This document shows positions 19,682-29,458 of a DNA stretch of 64,000 nucleotides, in pieces (the first letter of the stretch is position 1; every line of letters begins with the position of its first letter). The translations under genes and the position numbers were made by a program. Source of the DNA: Acidobacteriota bacterium (GTDB taxonomy: Bacteria; Acidobacteriota; UBA6911); the NCBI GenBank assembly GCA_963664705.1, contig OY761556.1:2688001-2752000 (forward strand), in the 5' to 3' direction. The notes beneath the pieces were generated by a model that saw only the letters and a program-made list of their open reading frames with translations, ran no database searches and was not told the DNA's origin.

Positions 19682-20793
19682 TGGCTGAGATAATTCTAAG
19701 CCACATAAGCAAGCGTTATGGCAAGGCGCACGGGTCTTTTGCCGTAAATGACTTATCACTCAGGATACGAGACAAGGAGTTTATTGTGCTCCTGGGACCT
19801 TCTGGCTGCGGCAAAACCTCCACTTTACGAATGATTGCAGGACTGGAGGAAATTTCCGAGGGAAACCTATCCTTTGACGGCAAGCGCATCAACGATCTTC
19901 CGCCCCAATCCAGAGATATTGCCATGGCCTTCGAGAATTATGCACTGTATCCCACGCTCGACGTTAAAGATAACATAGCGTTTCCGCTCATAATTCGCCG
20001 CTGGCCACAATCGCGAATAGATGAAAAAATCGCGTGGGTGGCTCAGGCGGTACAGATCACCGATATTCTCCACCGAAAACCGGTCGAACTGAGCGGCGGA
20101 CAACAACAGCGAGTTTCCCTGGCTCGCGCCCTCGTTCGGGAACCGCAGGTATTCCTGTTCGACGAACCCCTTTCACATTTAGACACAAAACAAAGACAAA
20201 CGATGCGCGCGCTGATCAAAAGGCTGCATTCCCAACTCCGGAAGACAGTGGTTTATGTCACTCACGACCAGAATGAAGCGATGGCTCTGGCAGACAGGAT
20301 TGCCATCATGCACCAGGGAGAACTTCAGCAGGTGGGCACCCCCGAGGAAATTCTGAACGAACCAGCGAATGCTTTTGTGGCCGCATTTGTGGGAGAGCCT
20401 GCCATGAATTTTCTGGATATTGAGATATTATCGGAGGATGACGGGGCGGCATGGGTCACTCATGCCGGCAACCGTTTGGCAGCCCTGCCCCTGACAATGA
20501 ATATGAAAGATCGGAAAGCACCCTTCGAGCCTTTGCAGGCTGGAATCCGTCCCCATCACATTGAGTTTTCCGAAACCAAGATGCGAGCCACAGATATTGC
20601 CGCGGAGGTCGGCACATACGAATCTCTTGGAGAAAGGGGCGTATTGACGATGCACGTCCAATCTCAAGACCTAACCATTCTGACACTCCCGGATATGCCA
20701 TTTCGGAAAGCCCAGCAGCTATGGATCCATTATCCTTTTGAACATATGCATTTCTTCTTTAAGGGAACAGGGGAAAGATTTCGTTGGATTTGA
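19681..20793 (+). CDS. ABC transporter ATP-binding protein (second MalK-like subunit)
   Basis: GPSGCGKT, LSGGQ and FLFDEP. Confidence 0.93.
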   Translation: MAEIILSHISKRYGKAHGSFAVNDLSLRIRDKEFIVLLGPSGCGKTSTLRMIAGLEEISEGNLSFDGKRINDLPPQSRDIAMAFENYALYPTLDVKDNIAFPLIIRRWPQSRIDEKIAWVAQAVQITDILHRKPVELSGGQQQRVSLARALVREPQVFLFDEPLSHLDTKQRQTMRALIKRLHSQLRKTVVYVTHDQNEAMALADRIAIMHQGELQQVGTPEEILNEPANAFVAAFVGEPAMNFLDIEILSEDDGAAWVTHAGNRLAALPLTMNMKDRKAPFEPLQAGIRPHHIEFSETKMRATDIAAEVGTYESLGERGVLTMHVQSQDLTILTLPDMPFRKAQQLWIHYPFEHMHFFFKGTGERFRWI

Positions 20794-20836
20794 TCAACAG
20801 TGGAAATGACTTCATGAAAAAGAGGGAGCAGGCCAA

Positions 20837-22891
20837 ATGAAAATGCGCTGCAGATGGAGTATGAATATTTTGCCTCTAGTTTGGTTGTTGTGCTTCTCTG
20901 TGAATCCATCCATGGCGCAAGTATCAAAACCGGGTGAATACAATGGATATTCATCGATACTGTATTCCGAAACAGTCCGCACTTCACAATATGTCGCCGC
21001 TCGAGATGGCACGAAACTGGCAGTAGACATATTAAGACCAGCCCAAAACGGGCTTGCGGTCAGCACACCTTATCCAGTGCTCTGGGTATATAACTGGGGA
21101 GGCAGATCGGCAAACGGCCGTCATGCAGTTGACAATTATGCGGAACTTGTTAAGCACGGATATGTTGTTGCATTTGCCGATGCCAGAGGAACGGGAGCGT
21201 CCTTTGGCGCCATGATTGGAAGTTATGCCCGTACCGAAGCCCGGGATGCTTACGATCTGACCGAATGGCTTGGAACTCAGCCTTGGAGCAATGGGAAAGT
21301 AGGCATGATGGGGTGTTCGCACTCCGGTCAAATAGAATGGCATGCAGCCAGCATGAGGCCGCCCCATCTCAAGGCAATCTTCCCGCAGTGTTACAGCTTC
21401 GATTATTACTTCGGGAAATCTCAGGGCGGTATTCACGGCACATTCCGCTCCGCAAACTCGTACGATCGCGAGAAAACGCTGGCCCCTGTAGATGAGGACC
21501 CGACCGGTGCCATGCGCGACGAAGCCATTGAACAACACAAAAAGGGCAAATCGGATCATGACGTTTTCAATTCCTTGCCCTTCAGGGACAGCTATTCTGC
21601 AATAACCAAGAGCAAGCCATGGGAAGAATCCAGTCCCGGCACCTACCTCAAAGACATCCAGTCGGCAGGAATTCCCATTTATCAGTGGGCAAGCTGGAAT
21701 GATTTTGCAACCAAGGTCATGCGGGATGCTTTCATATACCGGGCGAATGTATCCAGCGTCTATAAAACCAGCATTGGTCCGCTCGGGCATTGTGGATTTG
21801 GAAATTTCAACATTCTTGCCGAAGAGCGCCGCTGGTTCGACTACTGGCTTAAGGGAATTGACAACGGCATAACGAATGAGCCACCAATCTATTTCAATAT
21901 TTTGAATGCAGAAGCAGGCAAAGAATGGGAATTTTCCTGGAAATGGCCCTTGCCGAATGAAAAACGTGTAACCTATTATCTTGCGCAGGGGCCATCAGGA
22001 AGCGCAAATGCCGGTGCAAATGACGGCATGTTAAGTCCAACTGCTTCAGAGAGCCTGTCAGCCAAAGACAGCCTCCCGGCCAATTACAAAATTGCCGCAG
22101 CCAACCGGGATGCATTGGGAACTACTTATACCACGGCAGCTTTTACATCCGACACAGCGCTTATAGGTTATGTGCGTGCGGAGCTCTGGGCGTCCTCTTC
22201 AGCCGCGGACCAGGATTTCTTCGCCTTTCTTGAAGACATTGACGGGACTGGCAAAGCTTCAGTTATCACGCAATTCCAATTGAGAGCATCCCATCGAGCC
22301 CTCAGCAAACCCCAATTCAATAATTTGGGACTTCCCTGGCGAGCCAATCTCGAATCAGAAGCTGCACCGCTCGCACCAAATCAACCGGTAGAACTGGTAT
22401 TTGATCCCATGCCGGTTTCGTACATTGTCAAAGCCGGCCGCCGTATTCGGCTGACGATTGTCAATGCATACCCGGCATCCGCGTTCCTTACGCCTGAAGA
22501 TGCGATCGTCAATATTTACCGAGATGCGCGGCACACTTCCCGCATTTCCCTGCCAATCGCTACGGATCCTATAAAGGTGGACATTGAGGTTAAGCCGGAA
22601 ACCCTCAACCTTAACAGCAATGGAGAATTCAGTATTTCCATATTGCCATCACCCAAATTGGGCAAAGGATACACAGCCGAGGATATTGATGTCGCGTCTT
22701 TACGATGTAATGGCGCCGGAGCGGTGAGTTCGAAGGTGATTCGACATTCCCTTGTAGCAAGGTTTAGGATACGGGACCTTGGCAAATTGTCATCGGGCCT
22801 CCCGCTTAAGTTGGATTTGGCCGGAAAGTTTCGCTACGACATTCCTTTCGCGGGCAACACAACTGTGCATGTGCCAGGCCCGAATAGATAG
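20837..22891 (+). CDS. Secreted CocE/NonD-family (peptidase S15-like) hydrolase with extra C-terminal domain
   Basis: RDGTKLAVDI, DARGTGAS, QPWSNGKVGM, GCSHSG nucleophile and GPLGHC His; C-terminal PETLNLNS-type extension. Confidence 0.88.
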   Translation: MKMRCRWSMNILPLVWLLCFSVNPSMAQVSKPGEYNGYSSILYSETVRTSQYVAARDGTKLAVDILRPAQNGLAVSTPYPVLWVYNWGGRSANGRHAVDNYAELVKHGYVVAFADARGTGASFGAMIGSYARTEARDAYDLTEWLGTQPWSNGKVGMMGCSHSGQIEWHAASMRPPHLKAIFPQCYSFDYYFGKSQGGIHGTFRSANSYDREKTLAPVDEDPTGAMRDEAIEQHKKGKSDHDVFNSLPFRDSYSAITKSKPWEESSPGTYLKDIQSAGIPIYQWASWNDFATKVMRDAFIYRANVSSVYKTSIGPLGHCGFGNFNILAEERRWFDYWLKGIDNGITNEPPIYFNILNAEAGKEWEFSWKWPLPNEKRVTYYLAQGPSGSANAGANDGMLSPTASESLSAKDSLPANYKIAAANRDALGTTYTTAAFTSDTALIGYVRAELWASSSAADQDFFAFLEDIDGTGKASVITQFQLRASHRALSKPQFNNLGLPWRANLESEAAPLAPNQPVELVFDPMPVSYIVKAGRRIRLTIVNAYPASAFLTPEDAIVNIYRDARHTSRISLPIATDPIKVDIEVKPETLNLNSNGEFSISILPSPKLGKGYTAEDIDVASLRCNGAGAVSSKVIRHSLVARFRIRDLGKLSSGLPLKLDLAGKFRYDIPFAGNTTVHVPGPNR

Positions 22892-22942
22892 TGATCGGAG
22901 AAACGTCAACGTAGATTTTGCAGATCGACCACACCCGCATTT

Positions 22943-24139
22943 TTACTGATTATTCCGCCACAGGTTGGGCAGAAATCTATAGTAGAGAAGGTGCCGCCAC
23001 GTAGCCCAGTCGTGGCCTCCGTAGCCGCCTACATAGTATTCGTGCCGAATATTGTGCTTCAAGAGAGCTTCATGCAGTGCTGTGCACCGGGCCCCCATCG
23101 GCCCTTTGGCCTCTTCCGATCCCTGCCCTACAAACAAATAGACTAGCTTCTTGTTTACCTCTGGATCGTTAAGGAACTTGGCTATGCCCTTTTCTGCATC
23201 CACATCCCCTGCGCTGAGAACACCGAAGGAAGCGAACAAATCAAGCGAACGAAATCCAACAAACATCGTGTGTCGACCACCCATCGAAAGACCCGACAGT
23301 GCGCGGCCTTGAGGATTTTTTCGCACGCTATAGTTTGCCTCTACGAGCGGGATGACATGCTTGCGCATCTCTGCCTCAAACAGGTCAAACGTAAGCTCGG
23401 CGTGCTTGGGATGATTTCTGTGCAGCATCTGGTTATTTGGAATTGCAATCACCATCGGTACGGCCTTGCCCTCAGTCAGCAGATTATCCAGCATGAAATT
23501 GGCGCGGCCTTCATATATCCAGTTGTGAGGCAAATCGCCGCTGCCACCCACAAGATAGAGTGTTGGATAGGCCTTCGTGTGATCGTAGCCCGGCGGAGTA
23601 TAGACATACAACTCACGCTCACCCTTTGTCACATCGGAGTAGTAGACATGGCGTGTTACCAAACCATGAGGAATGTTGCGGGCATCATAATAGGCGGGGC
23701 CATCTCCATGCACCACCAGTGTGCTGAAAGGCGGCATCGCGGTAAACCCGGCCACCGTGTTGTTGGGATCGGCAATTCTGACTCCGTCCACAATGAAGTG
23801 ATACTGGTACATATCAGGCCTCAGCGGTCCCACAGTTAATGCCCACACGTCATTCTCGCCTTTCGTAAAAGGCACGGCTTTGTTCCCAGCCCCAAGCGCC
23901 GTAAGCAACGCAACACCCGATAATGAAACCTCCTTGGCAGCCGGGGCAGTCAGACGAAAAGTAACCGTCCGATCGTCACGAACTTCCGGAGAATTGGCGG
24001 CCGCACTGAACGGTATGAGGTTCTCGATGTTCTTCTGCGGATTGTAATCCAGGTTGACGTTCGCCTGCTGGGCCCTAAGAAGGCACGGCCCGATCAGGCA
24101 AACAATGGTAAAAGCGGCCACTCTTAGTCGAATAGGCAT
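22943..24139 (-). CDS. Secreted CE1-like esterase with N-terminal E-set/CBM48-like domain
   Basis: SPEV...VTFRL domain, YVYTPPGY, GLSMGG nucleophile and GHDW His; start at 24139 or 24148. Confidence 0.87.
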   Translation of the reverse strand: MPIRLRVAAFTIVCLIGPCLLRAQQANVNLDYNPQKNIENLIPFSAAANSPEVRDDRTVTFRLTAPAAKEVSLSGVALLTALGAGNKAVPFTKGENDVWALTVGPLRPDMYQYHFIVDGVRIADPNNTVAGFTAMPPFSTLVVHGDGPAYYDARNIPHGLVTRHVYYSDVTKGERELYVYTPPGYDHTKAYPTLYLVGGSGDLPHNWIYEGRANFMLDNLLTEGKAVPMVIAIPNNQMLHRNHPKHAELTFDLFEAEMRKHVIPLVEANYSVRKNPQGRALSGLSMGGRHTMFVGFRSLDLFASFGVLSAGDVDAEKGIAKFLNDPEVNKKLVYLFVGQGSEEAKGPMGARCTALHEALLKHNIRHEYYVGGYGGHDWATWRHLLYYRFLPNLWRNNQ

Positions 24140-24203
24140 CAGATCCATGACCTCCAATCGGGCTCAGACAGTTTATAGGTATTCACCTTACCCGTATTCT
24201 TCA

Positions 24204-24254
24204 TTGTATTATATCTGCATTATTATTGCATTTTACTTGCATATATGTTGCATT
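24204..24254. repeat. Five phased 11-bp-period direct repeats (TTGYATT-N4) in a divergent promoter
   Basis: TTGTATT 24204, CTGCATT 24215, TTGCATT 24226, TTGCATA 24237 and TTGCATT 24248. Confidence 0.75.
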
Positions 24255-24320
24255 TGTATTTTCCCATGCCTGACACTTTGCTCAGAGGTGCAAACCTATT
24301 CGCTATAAAAGGAGATCGAC

Positions 24321-26174
24321 ATGATGAAACGATACTCTGTGTTGATGAGCCTAATTCTGTGCATTCATGTTTTTGCATCGGGGGGCAATACGAACAATGC
24401 TCCCGGTGCTGCAAACGTGAACACCAACGCAGGGACTGGAAACTCCGAGTCCAACTCGTCAGCAAGTAATCGCGTCTCCAAACCTGGCCAATATGCCGGC
24501 TATGGCGATGCGGTTTACGATGATAAATACGAGCTTATCTCTCAGTACGTCCCAGTGAGCGATGGAGTAAGGCTCGCCGTAGATATATATCGTCCCAAGG
24601 ACAAAAATACAGGCAAGGTGGTCGATACCAGACTTCCGGTTCTGTGGATGCATACCCCTTACAACCGCAGATATAGCAGCGACAAGGTGCTGACAGGAGA
24701 GGGCTACCCGGGAACGGCAGCCAAGCTGGTAAAATATGGATACGTGGTCGCCATTGTTGACTTTCGCGGACTATACGCTTCTTACGGACATAACGTCGCG
24801 TATAATCGTGGCGAATGGCTCACAGCTGCGCGCCGGGATGCATACGACATCACCGAATGGCTTGCCAAACAATCATGGAGCAACGGCAATATCGGCATGT
24901 GGGGCTGTTCGGCCACCGGCGGGAGCCAACTGCAGGCTGCGACCACTGCGCCTCCTCACCTGAAGGCGATATTTCCAATGAGCTGCGAGTTCGACGCCTA
25001 TTCGTTCCGTGTGCCAGGTGGAATGGCGCCAGCCATAAATACCGGAACCAATCCTCCACCCAAAATTCAATCCGGTCAAAAATCCCGCGATGCCTCGGCG
25101 GAACCGGTAGATGGCGACACCGATCGATCACAGCTGAATCAGGCGATTGCGGATCATGCCGGCACCGTTGAAAACGAGGGCTATGCTCCCTACAGAGACA
25201 GCTTCGCAGACGCCATCGTTGATACAGGCTCCCAACCGTGGTGGATCAAAAGCAGCCCTCATGCCTACATTGTACAGATCAAGGCATCTAAAACCGCCAT
25301 GTACCTCGCAGCCAACTGGGACGAAGGAGCCACCAAGCACGGCGCATTCTTTACGTTCAACAATGTAACCAACCCGGCAAAACTGATCATAGGTCCCGGA
25401 GGACACTGCGGCTGGTCCATGGTTCAGAGCCAAACGAAGTTTGACATCACCATTGAAGAACGTCGCTTTTTTGATTACTGGCTGAAGGGTATCGACAACG
25501 GCGTCATGAAGGAAGATCCCGTATATTTCTATACGTATAATGCTCCGCCCGGTTCCGAGTGGCAATCGGCGAAACAATGGCCGCTGCCTAACGAGAAAAG
25601 AACCAAATACTACCTGGAAAAAAACTCATTGACCTCGGCAGCGCCAACGGGAATTGACCAAAAAGACACAATCGCGGTCGATTACGCGGTTGCTCCCGCA
25701 AACACGACGGCCAAGGGCCTTGTATACACAACCGCTCCGCTTGGTTCCGATGTTCAAGTCACCGGACATCCTTCCGTCAATTTGTGGGCGTCTTCAACTG
25801 CCAATGACGGAGACTTCATTGCCACCATTCAGGACGTCGCCCCTGACGGTACCGCCACATCGTATAATGTAAACGGAAGGCTGCGCGCGTCGTTGCGCAA
25901 GCTGAAAAACTCGCCGTACAACAATCTCGGACTTCCCTGGCATGGCTTTGAAAAGGCAGACGCCGCTCCTTTGGATCCGGGCAAGCCAACCGAGCTCGTA
26001 TTCGAAATATTGCCGATATCAATGATATTTAGGGCCGGCCACAGCATACGGCTGGTGATAACTTTTGCCGATGCAAGGTCAACCCCAAGGCTTGATCCGG
26101 CGCCGAATGTTACGATTTATCGCGATTCAACTCACAGATCCTATGTTACGTTGCCAATTATCGAAGCAAGGTAG
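24321..26174 (+). CDS. Secreted CocE/NonD-family hydrolase
   Basis: SDGVRLAVDIYRP, HTPY, SWSNGNIGMW, GCSATG and GPGGHC. Paralog of 20837..22891 (shared VSKPG.Y.GY and WPLPNEKR). Confidence 0.88.
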   Translation: MMKRYSVLMSLILCIHVFASGGNTNNAPGAANVNTNAGTGNSESNSSASNRVSKPGQYAGYGDAVYDDKYELISQYVPVSDGVRLAVDIYRPKDKNTGKVVDTRLPVLWMHTPYNRRYSSDKVLTGEGYPGTAAKLVKYGYVVAIVDFRGLYASYGHNVAYNRGEWLTAARRDAYDITEWLAKQSWSNGNIGMWGCSATGGSQLQAATTAPPHLKAIFPMSCEFDAYSFRVPGGMAPAINTGTNPPPKIQSGQKSRDASAEPVDGDTDRSQLNQAIADHAGTVENEGYAPYRDSFADAIVDTGSQPWWIKSSPHAYIVQIKASKTAMYLAANWDEGATKHGAFFTFNNVTNPAKLIIGPGGHCGWSMVQSQTKFDITIEERRFFDYWLKGIDNGVMKEDPVYFYTYNAPPGSEWQSAKQWPLPNEKRTKYYLEKNSLTSAAPTGIDQKDTIAVDYAVAPANTTAKGLVYTTAPLGSDVQVTGHPSVNLWASSTANDGDFIATIQDVAPDGTATSYNVNGRLRASLRKLKNSPYNNLGLPWHGFEKADAAPLDPGKPTELVFEILPISMIFRAGHSIRLVITFADARSTPRLDPAPNVTIYRDSTHRSYVTLPIIEAR

Positions 26175-26271
26175 ATAATCGCTCTTAAACATAGGCAATC
26201 GCATCTCGACGAATTGGGAATTACGATAGTCGATCTCTTCGTCAATCTTCAGTTTTAAGCCGACAAATAGT

Positions 26272-27894
26272 TCATCTGCCGGAATCAAGCAGGATTTGGC
26301 GTATCTCCCGATAGGGATCGTTCTGTATCGTACTGTTGAGATTAAAAATCATCGTTGCACGGCTCTTAAGATCGTAAGGCTTCCACGGCGGCAGGCCTGT
26401 CGCATTCGGATTCCCTAATCGGGCGAAAGCAATCCAAGCGGCGCTCATTTGATCTGCAACCTTTTGCGGTTCCGATCCCGGTCCAACCATACTGCGCGAG
26501 GTCTCAACATTATTGAAAACCAGTGGAAGATCGAGCGCATGGTGAGCCCGGAGGCGCCCTCCATCCACCGGTGTTTCCCATGCCAGCATGTACACATAAG
26601 CCGGGGCTGCATTTTGAGCCGCTTTGCGTTCCGCCTGAAGCACCGTGGCGATCCAATAACCTTTCAAGGTCTCTACAACCGTAATCAGATGGCTAGGGGA
26701 ATAGTCAGGAAAAGTCTTACGCAATACGGGTATCAATGCCTCCGCTTTTCCGGGAAGCTGTTTGCGCATGTATTCCGCAAAATCCTCATACGTGGCAGCG
26801 CCGAACTTCGGATCTCGAGCCCGGAAGATGGTCATTTCATCCTTATTTGAACCGATGAGCATCGGGATCCCCGCGGAAATGGGAGGACCGTCCGGTATAA
26901 ATGGCTTTCGCGGCAAAGCAATTCCGTCCACGCATGGAACAAAGCCGCTGATCGGCATTGTCAATTGACCGGCCGGCGATGCCGCAGGAGGCAATACAGG
27001 TTGAGCATCGAAGATCTTCTGTGTGCTGGCTCGTTTAAGGGCCTCTTGATCACCTTCCGCAATTCCAAGTTTCTTTAATAATTCCCGTCCCAAAGTGACC
27101 GCTTCTTCTGCGGAAGGGGCGTCCAGTCCGGAGCCGCTTTGAATAATGGCTTTGTGGAACAGTCCCCTTGCCGCTGGCATTGCCATCAACATAGGAACCT
27201 TGCGGGCGCCTCCGCTTTCCCCGAATATGGTTACATTGGCAGGATTGCCACCAAAACGAGAGATGTTGTCGCGCACCCATTCAAGGCTCAAGACAATATC
27301 CAGCATTCCGGCCTGCCCTGATGAAGCATACTCAGGCCCCCACTCCTTGCCGAGCTGGAGATAACCAAAAACATTCAACCTATGGTTTACTGAAACAATC
27401 ACCACATCGCCTTTGAGGGCAAGATTTCCACCCTCTGTAATGGCGTCTCCACCTGAGCCTGATGAAAATCCGCCGCCATGCAGCCAGACCATCACGGGTC
27501 TCCTTTTGTTGTCGATCCCGGGCGTCCATACGTTGAGAAACAGGCAGTCTTCGCTCATCCCTGGAGTGCCAACCTCAGCCGATGGCCCGCTGGAAGTCTG
27601 AACCGCACGTGCTCCAAATTTAGATGCATCCGCAATATTGGTCCAGGGTTCAGGTTTGCGGGGAGGCTTGAAACGTAGATTGCCTAGAGGCGGGGCGCCA
27701 TAGCGCACACCCTTAAAAACATGGAGTCCCCTATTGTCCGCATATCCGCGGACAGGTCCGTTTGAGGTTTTCACAATCTGCGTGGGAGATTCTGTTTCCA
27801 CGGCGCTGCTGGCATATCCTGCAAGCACGATGACCATCAGGATTGCTGCCATCCGGAGTACTCTTTTCCGGCAACTGAAAGTTGATTGCATCAT
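26272..27894 (-). CDS. Secreted type-B carboxylesterase
   Basis: SEDCLFLNVW, HGGG, GESGG, NKDE and AHHALDL; signal peptide. Confidence 0.92.
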   Translation of the reverse strand: MMQSTFSCRKRVLRMAAILMVIVLAGYASSAVETESPTQIVKTSNGPVRGYADNRGLHVFKGVRYGAPPLGNLRFKPPRKPEPWTNIADASKFGARAVQTSSGPSAEVGTPGMSEDCLFLNVWTPGIDNKRRPVMVWLHGGGFSSGSGGDAITEGGNLALKGDVVIVSVNHRLNVFGYLQLGKEWGPEYASSGQAGMLDIVLSLEWVRDNISRFGGNPANVTIFGESGGARKVPMLMAMPAARGLFHKAIIQSGSGLDAPSAEEAVTLGRELLKKLGIAEGDQEALKRASTQKIFDAQPVLPPAASPAGQLTMPISGFVPCVDGIALPRKPFIPDGPPISAGIPMLIGSNKDEMTIFRARDPKFGAATYEDFAEYMRKQLPGKAEALIPVLRKTFPDYSPSHLITVVETLKGYWIATVLQAERKAAQNAAPAYVYMLAWETPVDGGRLRAHHALDLPLVFNNVETSRSMVGPGSEPQKVADQMSAAWIAFARLGNPNATGLPPWKPYDLKSRATMIFNLNSTIQNDPYREIRQILLDSGR

Positions 27895-27931
27895 CTCAGA
27901 TTCTCCTCAATTCGAACGCAAACCCGACGGA

Positions 27932-29365
27932 CTAATCGATAGCCGCCAATACATCGGCACAAAACTTCTCGATTTTAAAACCGGCGCCGGCATCGAAGCC
28001 GCGCCGTACGATCACGGCCTTGTGTGATGGGATAATCATCGCATATTGTCCCTGGCCGCCGCTCGGGGAGTAGGCGTCTGCGGGAAGTCCTTCAATTCCG
28101 CCATAAATCCAGAATTGAGCACCATATCGTGCGCCCTTGCCTTCGGGCTGAACCGGTCCCATGGTTGAAACAAATTTCGACCAACCTTCCGGCAGAATGC
28201 GATTACCGTTCCATATGCCATCATTTAGATAGAGCAACCCAAATCTTGCGAAGTCCCGCGCAGAAGAATATGTTTGGCCAGACATCAAAAAGTCGCCATT
28301 CCAATCACTCGCAGGAGTGGTTCGCGTCATGCCTATTTTCCAGAAAAACTGCTGAAATGGCATCGCCCAAAAAGTTTTGTCATCTTTGACCGCCTCGCGC
28401 ACTGCACGCATCAGGAGCATCGTATCGGGCGGATTATAAAGAAAACGAGTGCCGGGCAGGGTATCGAGCATATTGGTAACTGCGCGGTCCGCAACGGTGG
28501 CACCACCGGCATAAATATCCGCCTGCGGACTGCCATCGCCTTCGCCATATAGCCCACTCGACATGTGGAGCAGATGACGCGCTGTGATGGCACTTCGCGG
28601 ATCGCCCGGTTTGCGCCACTCCTCAAGCGCTCCCGGGCGGTCGAGATTGAGTCCATATTTCCAGGTTGCGATCCCGACCAGTGAAGCCGCGAAGCTTTTG
28701 GCCGCCGAATGCGTTTGCGCTGACTGATGCATGTCGAAACCCATTGCATAGCGCTCTGCAACGATCTTGCCGTTTTTGACAACGATGATGCTCCAGGTGC
28801 GTCCCCCATAGGTCTTGCCGTCAAAGCCTGCTTCCACGATTGAGTTGAGCGTTCGCTGCTTCGTCTCCGGCAAATGGCCTATAGCGTTCGCATCTCCAAT
28901 AGGCCAATCTTGTGCGTCAAAATCCGGGCGCACAACATTTGCCGCCACCTGCGGCACAAATCGCAAATCGTCTTCGACCGCACCGATCGGCAACTGAACA
29001 CAGCCAAGAACCGGACGCCATGCCACAATGCGCGGCGGCATAACATCGGAATACCGGATAGAAACTATTTTATGCGAATAGTCGATATCGGTCTTCATGG
29101 ATTCCGTGCCGCCTGGGCCTCCATTGTCGGCATCGATCTGTTCGATACTTCGTCCGCCGTTCCACAGGCCGCTGCACAGCGCCACCGCCCGCGTTGCCGC
29201 CTGCGATGCTGCGAGCCGTCGAGCCGTGGGCCGGCCGCCGATGCCGAATGTGGTTTGTCCGGCCGCCGGAGGAGTTGGGCGCAAGGGATCTTGCTGCGCG
29301 CCGGTTACGCCAATGACACAAAAAAAAGCTGCAACACAAATACCGGCTCTGCGCACGGGATGCAT
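27932..29365 (-). CDS. Secreted beta-lactamase-fold serine hydrolase (class C / NylB-like amidase-esterase)
   Basis: SxxK (SAAK), LLHMSSG, PGTRFLY and ARDFARFGLLYL; signal peptide. Confidence 0.85.
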   Translation of the reverse strand: MHPVRRAGICVAAFFCVIGVTGAQQDPLRPTPPAAGQTTFGIGGRPTARRLAASQAATRAVALCSGLWNGGRSIEQIDADNGGPGGTESMKTDIDYSHKIVSIRYSDVMPPRIVAWRPVLGCVQLPIGAVEDDLRFVPQVAANVVRPDFDAQDWPIGDANAIGHLPETKQRTLNSIVEAGFDGKTYGGRTWSIIVVKNGKIVAERYAMGFDMHQSAQTHSAAKSFAASLVGIATWKYGLNLDRPGALEEWRKPGDPRSAITARHLLHMSSGLYGEGDGSPQADIYAGGATVADRAVTNMLDTLPGTRFLYNPPDTMLLMRAVREAVKDDKTFWAMPFQQFFWKIGMTRTTPASDWNGDFLMSGQTYSSARDFARFGLLYLNDGIWNGNRILPEGWSKFVSTMGPVQPEGKGARYGAQFWIYGGIEGLPADAYSPSGGQGQYAMIIPSHKAVIVRRGFDAGAGFKIEKFCADVLAAID

Positions 29366-29458
29366 AATGCCTCCAAATCAGGTTTCAGAATAATTGGATC
29401 TGCCGTTTGTATCCCTTCTTCAATCCGAATCGCTTTTTCGCGAGCCCGGGCGTCATAC

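Noticed and set aside
24204-24260. CRISPR or iteron interpretation of the short repeats
   Set aside because: Units are 7 bp with 4-bp spacers; no cas or rep gene.
27932-29365. Antibiotic-resistance beta-lactamase
   Set aside because: SxxK fold only; lacks KTG and sits in an esterase operon, so an esterase or amidase is more likely.
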